Made by a program: the position numbers and the translations under genes
The notes under the pieces: model-generated
Database searches by the model: none
What the model saw: only the letters and a program-made list of their open reading frames with translations
What the model was told of the DNA's origin: nothing
Part shown: piece after piece, positions 23,335-35,838 of the stretch
Layout: every line of letters starts with the position of its first letter
How positions within the stretch are numbered: position 1 is the stretch's first letter
Assembly (NCBI RefSeq): GCF_018977255.1
Contig: NW_024704742.1
Coordinates: 75,084,001 to 75,148,000 of the forward strand
DNA length: 64,000 bases
Reading direction: 5' to 3'
DNA from: Callorhinchus milii
Lineage: Eukaryota

Positions 23335-25225
23335 TACAGGTGGTGGAGGGTGGAGTGTGGAGGGCAGGGGGGGGGAAGCAGGGTAATTGAAAGTACGGTC
23401 GAAGAGGAGGGTCTGGAGATGGGTCTTAAAGGAGGCTCGGGAGGGGGCGAGGTAGAGAAACTGCAGGATGGAGTTCCAGAGGGTGAGGGCAGAGTAGCAG
23501 GAGGCCCAGCCACCAATGGTGGGGCGGGCGAAATGGGGACGTGAAGCAGGCCAGATACCGCTGAGCGGAGGGAGCAGGCAGGATGGTAGGGGGTTAGGAG
23601 ATCGCAGAGATAGGGGGGAGCAAGACCATGGAGGGCTTTGAAGGTGAGGACCAGGATCTTGAACTGTATCCTCTATGTGATGGGAAGCCAATGGAGTCGG
23701 GCGAGGATGGGGTTGATAGGGTCACGGAGCCTTGTGCAGGAGAGGGCAAGGGCTGCAGAGTTCTGAATGATCTGCAGCCTATGGAGGAAGGAGTTGGGGA
23801 GGCCGACAAGCAAGGAGTTTGCATAGCCAAGCCTCGATGTAATTAATGCATGTATGAGGGTTTCGGCGGCCTGCGGTGTGAGACAGTGGCAAAGCCGGGC
23901 AATGTTACGGAGGTGGGGGAAGGCAGAACGGGTCATGGCTTGGATGTGGGGTAGATAGGATAGCTCAGGGTCAAACAAGATGCCAAGCTTCCGGACTGGC
24001 TCAGTAAGGTGGAATACGCATCCATAGATGATGATGCTGTCAGCACCCGAGATGTGGATTTGCCGATGGGAGCCAATCAGAAGAGCCTCGGTCTTGTTGA
24101 CGTTCAACTGAAGAAAGTTGGCTCTCATCCAGGACTTGAGATCTCACAGACATTCCATCAGGACAGCAGTGGTCCTGAAGACAAGAGTGGAGGTAGAGAG
24201 GTACAGTTGGATGTCATCTGCAAACATGTGGAAGTTGACCCCAAGTCTGCAGATGATGTCACCAAGAGGGAGCATATGGCTATTGAAGAGAAGGGGACCA
24301 AGGATAGAGCCCTGAGAAACGCTGCATGAGACTGTGCGGGTGCTAGAGGAGAAACCGTTTGTGGAGATGAAGTGGAGGTGGTGTGAGAAGTATGATCTGA
24401 ACCTGTCAAGGACAAAGTCATGAAGGTTGAGGTGAGAGAGGCAGTGGATGAGGATGAAGTAGTTGATGGCGTCAAAGGCAGAGAAGTCAAGGAGGACGAG
24501 GAGGCAGAGAGAACCCTGGTCGCAGATGGACAGAATATCATTTGTCGCTTTGACCAGAGCTGTTTCTGTGCTGTGGGCAGCATGGAAACCCGATTGGTGA
24601 GGTTCATGAAGGGAGTGGCGGGAGAGGAAAGAGCAAAGCTGGGAAGCAACAACTAGTTCCAGGACCTTGGAGAGGAAAGGGAGGTTGGTGATGGGGTAGT
24701 AGCTTGAGAGCAGAGATGGGCTCAGGGAGGGTTTTTTTAAAGATAGGAGTGATGATGGCTATTTTTAATGGGGTGTGAACAGTACCAGTGGACAGTGAGA
24801 GGTTTCTAATGTCTGTGAATAGGGGGGCAAGGAGGTGGAGCTGGGAGGTAAGGAGAGTCGTAGGGATGGGGTAAAGGGAGCAGGTGGTCGGTTTCATGTG
24901 GGTTATAGTGGTGGTGAGAGAGGAGTGGGAGACAGGTTCAAAGGTGTGGAGGGAGATGGTTTGTGGCCGAGTTGGGAGGGGGAGATGGGGAGGGGTAGTG
25001 GTCAGAAGAGCAGAGGCAGCTGAGTGGATCCCCTCAACTTTGGATTCAAGGAAGTCCAGCATCGCCTCACAGTTGGCATTGGAAGTGAAAATGGGTGAGG
25101 TGTGTGAGGGTGGGCGGAGGACCCGGTTGGTGAAGAGGAGCCTGGGGTTCTCCTTGGCCTCCAAGATTGTCTTGGAGTAGAACAACAATTTAGTGGCGGT
25201 GAGGGCAGAGCGGTAGGAGTCCATC
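23335..25225 (-). mobile_element. L2 LINE, RT domain to 3' UTR
   Basis: FYSKTILEAKENPRLLF, MKPTTCSLYPIPT, LKIAIITPIFKK, MRANFLQLNVNKTEALLIGS ... SRLGYANSLLVGLP ... LARLHWLPI. Confidence 0.95.
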
Positions 25226-26058
25226 TTAATCCTGAATTTTCCCAGGTACTGCATAAGCTCTTTTCCCGACAGGTAGAAAAACCTGGTTAGAAGGGCCGCT
25301 GTCCTTCTCGTGTCCCAGCAGGAGTCGTCCCGCACTCCATGAAGAAGGATATTGGGGGCAGTGCAAACAGATGGGACAGGGAAGCTTAGACACTGGAAAT
25401 CACAAATGACATTCTCTCCATCAGGGCTTTCTGCCCCCTTATCAATCTTGACCTCTCTGCTGCCTTCAACACTATTGACAATTCTATTCCTCTCCACCAT
25501 TTTTCCTATCCACTCCATCTTCACGATTCTGTCCTTGCCTGATTTTATTCTTACCTACCGCAATGTCTCAATTTCATATCTGTCATCGGCGTTTCCCCCA
25601 CATCGACACATGTAACATTCTTTACATACTCCTGCTTGATAATGCCATCCTCAGGGACGAGGATAAGTTCCACATATGAGGATGGCACCCAAATATCTCT
25701 GCCTCCAATCTCAATTCCAGGGCCACTGCTGTTCTGACCGATTGCTTGTTGTACATCAAGTTCTGGATGAGAGCTAATTTTCTCCAGTTGAATGTTGATA
25801 AGTTAGAGGCCCTCTTGATCGACTCCCGTCAGCACCTTCTCACCTGAGGCGCTGACATCTTCAATCTACATGGATGCACACCCACCTTATGGAGTCAGTG
25901 TTTTGTTCAATTCTCAACTGTCCTTTAAACCCCATTACCTGACGTGTTCAGCTTTCCCCCACCTCTGCAACATTATCTTCCTCCACCACTACCTCGCTCC
26001 TGGTACCACCGCAGCCCTTATTTATGCTTCCATCATATCCAGGCTACATTACACCAGC

Positions 26059-26742
26059 GCAAAATACTGCAGATGCTGGAAATCTGAACAAAAACAGAAG
26101 TCACCTGGAACACTCAGCAGGTTAGGCAGGTCAGGTCAGGTCATCTGCAGACTTAGGGTTATGGTCTGAAATTATTGAAATCTATATTGATGCCAGAGGA
26201 CTGTAAGGTTCCCAGCAGATAAATGGGATGCTGTTCCTCGAGCTTGCACTGTGACTGATTGGAACAGCCTAGGAGACCGTGGATGGAGAGGTCAGAGTGT
26301 GAGTGGGAGGGAGAGTTGAAGTGGTATGAAACCGGAGGCTCAGGTTTGTGCTCGCGGACAGAACGGAGATGTTCGGCAAACCGATCACCCAATCTGGTTT
26401 CGTCTCCCCAATGCAGAGGAGACCATATCATGAGCAGCGAATGCAGTAAACTACATTGGTGGTAGTACACGTGAATCACTGTCTCACTTGATTGCAATCC
26501 CCTCATCTTTGTTTTGCATCATTAACATCTCTTTAACCCATCATTCCCTGTCTTCTACCCCATTTTCTCTTTTGTCTTCCTCGCCCTGCCTCCTCCCTCT
26601 CTGTTAGCCCTTAAAAGCCTCTCTCTCATAACATGCCCCAGTTCCGACGAAGGGTCGTGGACCCGAAATGTTGACTCACTTTTCTTTCTCCGTAGATGCT
26701 GCCTGACCTGCTGAGTGTTCTCAGCGACTTCTGTTTTTGTTT
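26059..26742 (-). mobile_element. Penelope-like element: GIY-YIG endonuclease remnant between inverted pLTR segments, 14-bp TSD
   Basis: Minus strand NVVYCIRCS..GLLCIGET, then after a frameshift RLGDRFAEHLRSV...HFNSPSHSHSDL...LEEQH..YLLGTLQSSGINIDF; TSD tacattacaccagc at 26045-26058 and 26743-26756; 26089-26129 pairs with 26699-26739. Confidence 0.93.
26640..26677 (+). ncRNA. Minimal (type I) hammerhead ribozyme motif, core mutated
   Basis: CCGACGA (consensus CUGANGA) - A - GGGTC/GTG/GACCC stem II - GAAA - TGTT; located in a PLE pLTR, where such motifs are known. Confidence 0.7.
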
Positions 26743-27153
26743 TACATTACACCAGCTGTCTGCTCGTCGCCTTCCCAACTCTTCTGTTGGGAGCTGCAGA
26801 CCAATTAGAACTCTTCATCTTGTATCATCTTCTGCACTAGGTTCTGTGAGCCTATCACCCCCATCCTTGCTTGGCTCCATAGGTTCCTCATCCCCCCAGA
26901 GAATTGAGTTCAATATCCTCAAGCTCACTTTTAAATCTCTCATTAGTCTTGTCCCACCCCATCTCTGTGACCTTCTAAAACTATAACAATCTGCCTTCTA
27001 CATGCCCCACTCCACCATTGATGGTCTGGCCTTCAGCCTTTCTGCATCTACTCTCTGGAACCCCTTCACCTTGTCCCTTCCCTCTATATAAAGTTATCTA
27101 TATCAAGACTTTGTTCTTTGGTCATTTTCCCCTCCCCACCCCCAGCTTGGGGC

Positions 27154-27213
27154 AAACCCCTCGACTGTCCAGTGCCTTGGGTTAAACCCCTCGACTGTCC
27201 AGTGCCTTGGGTT
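27154..27213 (+). repeat. Perfect 30-bp tandem duplication in the L2 3' UTR
   Basis: aaacccctcgactgtccagtgccttgggtt x2. Confidence 0.95.
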
Positions 27214-28854
27214 GTCCTTCAGACGTAAATGGTGCTATACAAGATGCAATTTGTTGTTCTTTGTCATTGTTGACAAATGGGGCGGAGCAGCGGAGACTAA
27301 TGGGATAATGCAGGAAGAAAAATGTTCTCATTCCAGACCCATAGTTAATATGAAGATTCTTGAAAGTAAATGATTTAATAACCCCGTAAATGATTATTTA
27401 GTAAGTCTTTTTGAGCTACAATTTAGCATTAATGCCCAGGCAGTGCCAAAGTCGTCTATAATAATACCTTTCTCTCAATATAATAAAAAAATCAGGACAT
27501 TTCTATAAAGTATGTGGGTTGCTTCAGCAGGGGATTTTAAAGACCAAAGCTATAAAATGCAACAAAACAGACGATGTGTGCTGCACACGATAGACAGCAC
27601 CACATTCCACCCACATGCTCCACAGATGCGTACACTTGGCTACCCACTCCCCACACATAGTCAAACACTGAACACACATAACCAGAGCTTAAACTCTGCA
27701 TATACAGATATCACCTCACCACAATTATTAAGCTCCAGTGAACCACCTATCTCAATCCCAAAATATTCCCAGAGACTTTTGTCAGGTTCCTCCCTAATCT
27801 TGGTTGATGAAACCTATGTACCTCAGAACTGACTCATTTTACAGAGACTTATTTTACATCATGATGTAAAACAGGAAGCAACATGAAAATAGCCTAGTTC
27901 TCTCCACAATGTCTAAAAACGTGAGTTATACTGTAATCTTCCAAACTTAACAAATTGTTACAAACAAAATCTGTACCAGAATGATCAATAAGTTGTGCAT
28001 TTCATTGCTTCTTTAGGAAGGGAGAATTGAAGTCTAAAGCATGTTTTAGGAGTAGGTTCCTTTCCCAGAGTAGCAAGCATGACTGCTTTTATTGCTGAAA
28101 GCCAGCACCAGCCCCATCCATGTCTGCCAACGAAGCAGCTATTTTAAGCTGTCCACTAATGACCCTGCTATCAGCTTCGGAGCTGTGCAATACAAATTTG
28201 GCACAAACAAGGGGAAAGTTCTAATTCTGCCCCATTATTGCCTGGAAGCATAAAGTTAGATTTTGAAGTTGGAGATATTGCTGAATACACACAATACTCG
28301 TAGGACATGATTCACTCATTCAAGTGGCTTCAGAGATGTTAGGTTCACCACGTTTATCTGGTAATGCGTTTGTTTGCATACAACCATGCGGTGGAAGTTC
28401 AGTGCGATGTCTGACCTACAGACCACACGCAGTTGTAATCGCTGCTATAAGTATCAACAGCAGCTTAAGTGCAACAGTGGCAGGTCAGCATAATTCACAG
28501 AAAGATTGAAATAAAATTTCCACTGCAATTTCCCATCTTCTCTAAAAGTGCTAAACACAGAGATGAGACAATTTGCTGCCAGTCCATGGCCCTTAACAGA
28601 ATGACCTCCAAAGTGAAGGTTTTCCCTTCACTTGAATTCTATTCTGGAAATTCAATACAAGAAATTTATAAAGAGGCAGGAATGAAATTCACACAATTTT
28701 TCAATAAAGTAAATTTAATCAGACGTTTTCTACAACTTGGGTGACCAATTAGGATTTTATTCTAAATAAGAAACAAAGCTACAGATACATATTATTGTTT
28801 CAGAGTCAACTTGATGTTTTGAATAACAACTGAAAGGATGGAAACTGTGACCAT

Positions 28855-29100
28855 ATTTTTTGATCAGCTGGGTGTCTTGACACATGTGGAAATTCATCAC
28901 CATGCTTAAGAATATCCAAACCAAGATTTCCCTGCACCCACCTATACATGGGAATCCCAGAGATAGATTGTTGGAATGGAATGCGCACTCTCTCCTTGGA
29001 GGGACACGTACTGCTTACCTAATTCTGGAAATTATTAGGCACAGCGTGGCAAGAGCCAAGGCTTGGGGACCCTATAGTGTGCATTGGGGTACTGCTTGTT
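28855..29100 (-). mobile_element. RTE-X-like LINE 3' terminus
   Basis: ttttttgatcagctgggtgtcttgacacatgtgg ... catcaccatgcttaaga ... tggaatggaatgcgcac ... ggcaagagccaagg; matches the 11.0 and 52.5 kb copies. Confidence 0.7.
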
Positions 29101-29819
29101 AACCTCTGAGAAGACAAGCACGCAGGGTTATGAGGCTTCAGGTGGTTTAGTTTCAGTTGTTCAGATATGGAGCGGTTTACTCTAAATTTTTTAAATTACA
29201 TTTGTACAACAGATTGAAACATTTTAAATGATAAATCATGCAAATCTCTGTGTTGCAGTGCAGGAAAAGCCATAACCTCAAGAACAGCACGTCAAATAGA
29301 TCAGCAATCTATTTCACAGGGTAGATGATTAAACAACAATTGTGTTAAACTAGTAAATAAAACACCAGTGTTTAAAGTCAAAAGAAAATCAATCAGCCTT
29401 TATATATTAAAACTGAAGAGAAATGCTAGAAAGGGTAAGAATACAGGAAATGCCTCCTACAAAGCTGCACAAGTTTTTAAGGACTGAATCAAGCAGGTTT
29501 CTGCCACGATCACAGAAGCAGCTTTCATTTGTGTCATTATGATAGTTATGTTTGATGCATATTTTAACTGTTGTCCAGAGTCTAGACAGATTACATTTGT
29601 TTTATAGCAGACAAAGGTCAATAACTCAAAGCAACCCAACCCAAGTCAGCTCTAATTGACACTAAACTGGAAGTCTCACTTACGGAGGCCATAAAGATGG
29701 CTTGTGTGGGACATGGGATCATATTGACTGCGGGTGGTCTGAGTTCTGGATTAAATGTGAAAGAACAATGAACATGATTTTATTTAAGAAAAGTGCAAAT
29801 TTGAACCAGGTAAATACTG

Positions 29820-29950
29820 TAAACAGACAGAGCAAGTCAGATACACAGAGAGAGTCAGACAAACAGATAGACAAGAGACCAAGCGAGTCCGACCAATAGA
29901 AAGTCAGACAGACAGACAGACAGACTAGAGAGAGCGAGTCAAACAGAGAT
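29820..29950. repeat. Degenerate (GACA/GA)n simple repeat
   Basis: cagacagacagacagacagactagagagag and flanking variants. Confidence 0.75.
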
Positions 29951-30179
29951 ATTATATCTGCACTGATTTCATATCCACAATGGGCCTGTCTTAATTATTT
30001 TGAATACCAAGCTCTCTCTGTACTTGTGGATATCAGGATCCTTGTTATGGATTCAGGGTGATAATCACACCTAAACTGTTGTGAAACTTTGTATTTTTTA
30101 AACATGTAATAACAAAGTAACCTTGAAAAACCAATTTGTAGCTAATGCATAGATAATGACACATCGTGCATGCTGATGG

Positions 30180-31140
30180 ATATTTGAAAGGCTACAAAGA
30201 GGCAGGAAAAATAAAGAAGCCATCTATAGTAGTAGGAACCTTGGAGGAGTAAAGGGCCAAAGAGATCTGGGGATTCAGATCCACAGATTTCTTAAAAGGA
30301 GCTACACAGTCAGGTAAGGCTATAAGAAGGCCAATGGGGTCATAGATTTTGTATCCTGAAGACTAGAATATAAAAGTGAAGAAAGGATATTGAATTTATT
30401 AATTTTAGAGAAGTGAGTTCCTCCGTTAACCTGGCCAACAATCCAACAAATAAAATTGGTCATGCACTTCGTGGCTGTTTGTGGGAAATTGCTTTGCACA
30501 ACTGGCTGTTGCATTTCGCCCACAAACATGTAGTCAAAACCACTTTACAGGATATCCTGTGAAGCGCTTTGAAACAATGTAATACTGTGCTAATATCAAA
30601 TGCAAGGATTATTATTATTTATACAAAAACTTGGTTAGACCATATTGAATTACTGTGTCCAATTCTGGTTCTTACATGACCAGAAGGATATAGTAGTGAT
30701 GGAAAGAGTACAGCATAGGCTTACAAGGATGATACTAGGAATGGCAGGTTACTGCTATCAGGATAGACTGATTAGGTTGGATTTTTTTTCTCTAGAGAAG
30801 AGATGTTTAAAGAGGGGCCCAATTCAAGTGTTTAGAATTACAAAACGGTTCCATAGTGTTAACATAAACTCCCACTGGTTGGACTAGATAATGACTAGGG
30901 GGATCAAAAAGATAATTTAAGAAGAACTACTTCACACTGTGAGATTAAGGAACTCACTTCCTGAAACAATGGTTGAATCAAATAATACAGATGCATTCAA
31001 GAGGAAACTAAACCTTCACATGAGGTAGAAGGGAAGAGAAATGTATGTGAGGGAGTAAAGGAATGGGTGGAGACTGATATGGAGTACAAACACCATCCAA
31101 GACTCATTGGGTTGAGTGGGCTGTTTCCATGCTGTACATG
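30180..31140 (+). mobile_element. CR1 LINE 3' fragment, interrupted by a Deu-SINE 3' piece (about 30410-30620)
   Basis: agagatctggggattcag; NYCVQFW..HDQKDIVVMERVQHRLTRMILGMAGYCYQDRLIRLDFFSLEKRCL is the CR1 ORF2 C-terminus. Confidence 0.88.
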
Positions 31141-31144
31141 CTTT

Positions 31145-31350
31145 CAAGAATTATACAGCACAGAAGGAGGCCATTTGGTCCATCATGTATGTACTGGCTC
31201 TTTGAAAAGAGCTATCCAAATCAATACCACTCCCCCGCTCTCTCCCACAGCCTTGCAAATTTGTCTTTCCCAAATAATTATCTACTTCTCTCTTAAAAGT
31301 TGTTATCGAATCGGCTTCCACCACCCTTTCAGGCAATGCATTCTAGATCA
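31145..31350 (-). mobile_element. CR1 3' end
   Basis: PERVVEADSITTFKREVDNYL; terminus tggaccaaatggcctccttctgtgctgta. Confidence 0.88.
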
Positions 31351-33058
31351 CTTAACATTTCAAAGTCAGCAGCTTTCAGCAACAGTTCTTGGTTTTAATT
31401 TCAAAACATTAATTTTGCAAATGTCATACAACAACGTATGGAAGAAGACATCCAGAACTCCACACTTTAATGCTAATTTTGTTTTTAAAAAACTTGCTGA
31501 AGTTTACAAAGTTGAACGACTTGCAATAGCCTTGGGGCACCCTCCAATGTGAAAGGTGTTATACAAATGTAATTTTGCTGTTGTTGCTGTAGATCAGAGT
31601 ATTATTTGAATCGCACTCCAAAGTCATGGAATGAAATGAGAAATGGTATGTGTCAAAGCAGATCTTCAGTCCACACAGCAAAGACACATGTAATACCTTT
31701 GGGACCAAGTCCCAACCATGCATTTTTGTAGAAACTATCATCAACTTATTTTACTCCATACACTGTACTCACTGCTCTTTTGAAATTGTTTGAAAACATA
31801 GAAAATATGCTCTGCCAGCCTCACAAAATAGTCTATGTATGCTTTTTATTCTGAACAGGTAATGTGGTCTAATAACAGCTCAGAGCTTGTGATCTTGAGC
31901 TATAGTTCCTCAGCAGCATGCACAAGTTTCGATTTTTTAATGTTTTGTTTGCATATTGAAGGAGAATTTTTCTGAGAGATGGCATGAGTAAACCTGCACC
32001 AGCATTCTAGTGCTACTTGTGATCATAGAGCATACTACTAAAATATTTGTAACTGGACATGAGTTGCTTTTATGTGACTTGGCTTTCGGTTGTGACGATT
32101 TAATTAGGTTTCTTGTGGGCTATATCAATCAAATCCTCTTCCCTGTATGTAAGTAAGTCAAACACTTGGATTGTTTCAAAACCCACATTCAGGAAAGCTT
32201 TGATAAATATAAAACAAAAAACAATGTGCACTTATTGGACACCTTTCATATACAATAACATCTCCAAGCACTTTACAGAGATGTTGTGGAGACCCAAGCA
32301 ATGTGGAAAGTTGGAGAGAGGTGACCAAAGGCAAGGTCAATGAAATAAGGCAATTAGAATGGTTTAAAATAGGGTGGGAGGGTGCAAGGTGGAGAGATTT
32401 GGGGAGGGAAATCCAGAGAGCAAAAAGGAGCTTATTGGTGGAAGCCCAAGGCTGTGTTGGGAGTGAGGTAAGAAATTGAGACAGCTGATATTACAGAGAA
32501 AAGATGCAGTGCTAGGTTGCCCAGCAACACAAACATAGGAATCTGACCCAGGGGTTTTGAAGCACTTTACAAAACAGAATTATCCGACTGTGCAGGTTCA
32601 GTTGATATTCTTTTACTTTTATACAAATCAGTGATTCTCCAGTTTGAGAGTTTCTGTGATGCGGCATTTCATTGTGTCTTTAATATCTCAATTATTTCAA
32701 TTCTTTAAGATTGATTGGTAAAAATATCATTATAAAAATGCTTTTAAAAAAGGTGTCAAAACAAAGTTCTGAAGAGGAAAGTTTCCTCTAACATTGATAC
32801 ACAATTGTTGTGGATTGCATCCTCTCCAAGGTATTCACTGAGATGGGTGCTTACCTTTCTTGGTTCTTCTTGGAGAAACCTTGGACCTGAACCATATTAG
32901 AGTTCAGAAATTGAGTGTACGATAGTAATATCCAACTATCTCATGATCGTTTCATTCATAAGACATCAAAGAAACAATAATGGAAGACCACAGAATATCT
33001 CACAACAACGGAGAAATTGAATTCTAGCCACTCTGAAACGCAAGCGTCATTGCAGAAG

Positions 33059-33383
33059 AATAATAATAATCCTTGCATTTGATATAGCGCTTTTCACATC
33101 GGGAGGACGTCCCAAAGCGCTTCACAGAACACACTGTAAAGTGAATTGACTGTATATTTGTGGGCGAACGCGGCAGCCAATTGCGCACAGCAATGTCCCA
33201 CAAACAGTCATATGGATTGAAAATGACCAGTTTATTATTGTTTTTGGTTTTGGAGAGATTATTATTAGGCTCTGTGTGGAGTAAGGAAACTTGCCCAAGG
33301 TTTCGCGCTGACCTGCCTGGGATTGAACTCAGGTCTCTCACTTGCAAAGCGAGTGCTCTTAACCACTGAGCTACAGGACTCCA
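33059..33383 (-). mobile_element. Full-length tRNA-Ala-headed SINE (short variant)
   Basis: Minus strand tggagtcctgtagctcagtgg ... ctcgctttgcaagtgag ... gcgctatatcaaatgcaaggattattatta. Confidence 0.94.
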
Positions 33384-35079
33384 CAAAATCATAATGGGTT
33401 GCGTAACAATGACTGAGACACAAATAGTCACTCCTTCTGGTATCCAAAACAGTTGACATGCCACCTCACAGGAACTCCATCCAATCCGAGCCAATCTCCT
33501 TCAAACACCAAATTCTCCAGTTAGGGCAATAGTATACCTCTGTTACCAGAAGGAGTCCCATGTATGACTGGAAATCCTTATCAAATTTAGACTCGATGGA
33601 CTGAATGACCTCCTTCAATGTTATAATTTGCACGGTTCTATGGATTTCAGCCACATTGTCAAAAATAATTTTAAAAAAGAAAATTGTGTGTTTAGTATCT
33701 ATTAATCAAACTACAGAGTCCCTTAAATGTCAGCATTAGCCGAGTGAAGAGGCTCCAAGATTCTCTTTACATATTTGCTATTGAGCACATCAGCATTAGG
33801 ACTGTTCACAAATGGAGAAATACACTGGATGATTTATGTGGCTGTAAATGTATCTCACTTCAATGTTAGGTGGAAACATTGTAGCCAACAATAGTTTCAG
33901 TGCAAAACAATAGGGTTTTAAATGGTTTAACTGAAAATATCAACTGTGCAGCAATTTCATTAAATCATTTGCAGTTTGGATCACAACGCTGACTGTGTTG
34001 AGCTAATTGAAACATAATTACTGTATTCTGAGGAGCTTCAAATACTTATTATGGATTTTTGTGTAGAGCCAATATACTGCGATTTGGTTGATAAGGTATG
34101 ATTTAGTCAGTGCATGAAGGTTAGCAGATTCTGTGCGAGAGAGGTAACTGTCAAATACCTTCTAACATCAGTCCCACTCTGGTTTTCACTACACATGGAG
34201 CTCCGGCAATTACTTTCTCTCATGTAGGGTAACACTCTCAGCAATAGCTGCATGTTTATTCATGGCATGAACAATTAGAATCACCCTCCAGGAGTCTTCT
34301 AGCAATTCACACAGGTCCTCAATTTTAAACAACAAATGAAGGCAATGCATTTGGAATACACAAGTTAGATACATTAGATAACATGGGCTTTTATTCATGG
34401 CCCACAAATATTTGAGCGCAATCAAAATGCTAATCCTAATGACTATTTATCCATCCCAATAACTTAAAAACAACTGATAGTTGGTTTGTTTGTACTGGTG
34501 GCACAGCATAACAAAGGCCACACATTCACTAATCATTTCCCTTTTCTTTTGTCTCTTTTTCTGTTTTCATTTTGCCACCTGGCTCTTTCAGCAAAGGCTA
34601 TTGATAAAATCCCTTGCCGTTCAGACACGCTAACCCGTTTAATTACATTTTTTTAAAAAAAAGAAAAATCACGATAACGACTGTAGCCGATTTGGGGCTG
34701 CAGTGGCTTGGTGGGTGGAAGATATCAGAGCCCCAAACGATCCGTGGCTGATCACGGTGGGTTTTTTAATAGCCATCAATGGAATTAGACTTCAATGGAG
34801 ACCATTCTGGAGTTAGGAGTCCAGAAAGGAAATTCCAATGCACAAACAGTAAAACAAGCAGCTAAAAAGCGTCGGCTCCACGATCCTCTCATCGGCAGTG
34901 TACTTATTACAAACATGGGGCCCCAAAACAGCCGAGAGAATGGAGGACTTGCTGCAACCCCCCCCCCTCCCCTGGTCGCTAATGGTGTGGGAGGCTTGGG
35001 TTTCATTTCTTTCGGTTGCCCCTGACCTTGCAGTCCCTCGGTCCTTGGGATCCATAATCCATTCTTAACTGCCCCCGTC

Positions 35080-35081
<2 letters not shown>

Positions 35082-35110
<29 letters not shown>
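35082..35110. repeat. (GT)n microsatellite
   Basis: About 14 perfect TG units. Confidence 0.95.
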
Positions 35111-35423
35111 CTGGCTGTCACTCTCACAAGCCAACGAAGGCTCTGACACACATAAAACCAGAAGGCTGCATTTCACGGGGCTCTGGAAACACCAACACAA
35201 GAGCACCACTCTGCTTCCCTGAGCCATTTCAGACTCGCGCTTCTCTATTTTTATTCAGAACAACCTTACTTTCCGAAGCTGTGAGGGGGCAGCTGGTTTG
35301 GCTTGAGGACACTTCAAACGATAAAACATTATTTTTTTGGGGGGTTTAAAAAAAAATTTTAAAAATTCTTAAAAGACAACAACAAAATCTCGTGCATGTC
35401 CAACACGAAGACATAAACAGTAC

Positions 35424-35484
35424 CTTGTTCCCACAGTGATCACTCTCCTTCCAGTGTGTGCGTTTCAACAATAACACTTCAAAC
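35424..35484 (-). other. tet2: Probable 61-nt internal 5' exon
   Basis: Acceptor tttttttttcgcctcttttAG|G (AG at 35486-35485) and donor AAG|GTACTG (GT at 35423-35422); gene assignment rests on the adjacent TET2-like exon 1. Confidence 0.62.
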
Positions 35485-35638
35485 CTAAAAGAGGCGAAAA
35501 AAAAACTACATGAGGATAAAGTGACACTGTCAATTCTGGTTAGTTTAAAATTTAAAACACACGCACAGAAGCAGAGGGGAGAGGGGGAGGGGAAGGGGGG
35601 GGGGGGGGGCAGCAGCAGAAGCCCAACTAAACACTCAC

Positions 35639-35726
35639 CACATCAAGACAGAAGAGATACAAAATCTGATAGTTTCTTTATCAAACTAATATTGTCAGCC
35701 ATGTTGGAGAAGCTTTGGCTAATTTT
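35639..35726 (-). other. tet2: Probable alternative first exon/leader with a 19-codon uORF (5' boundary uncertain)
   Basis: Strong donor GTG|GTGAGT (GT at 35638-35637), YY1-type caacATGGct, no good upstream acceptor (poly-G precedes the AG). Confidence 0.55.
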
Positions 35727-35838
35727 CTAGCCCCCCCCCCCCATTTCCCCCTCTTTCATGAGATCATGCAAAGTTCATTTTCATCCACTCTCCCCCCGAC
35801 GGAAAGAAAACGATCAAATGAGAAACAGAAAGCCTTAC

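Larger units (their letters stand above)
25395..27262 (+). mobile_element. L2 LINE fragment, head-to-head with the previous one and split by a Penelope insertion
   Basis: cttgacctctctgctgccttc, tggatgagagctaattttctccagttg, ASIISRLHYT before the insert; L2 sequence resumes after 26742; tail gacgtaaatggtgctatacaagatgcaatttgttg. Confidence 0.9.

Noticed and set aside
24604..25524. Longest ORF (306 aa) as a gene
   Set aside because: Chimeric read-through of antisense L2, filler DNA and sense L2 ORF2.
27154..27213. CRISPR-like 30-bp direct repeats
   Set aside because: Only two adjacent copies with no spacer, inside an L2 tail, in vertebrate DNA with no cas genes.
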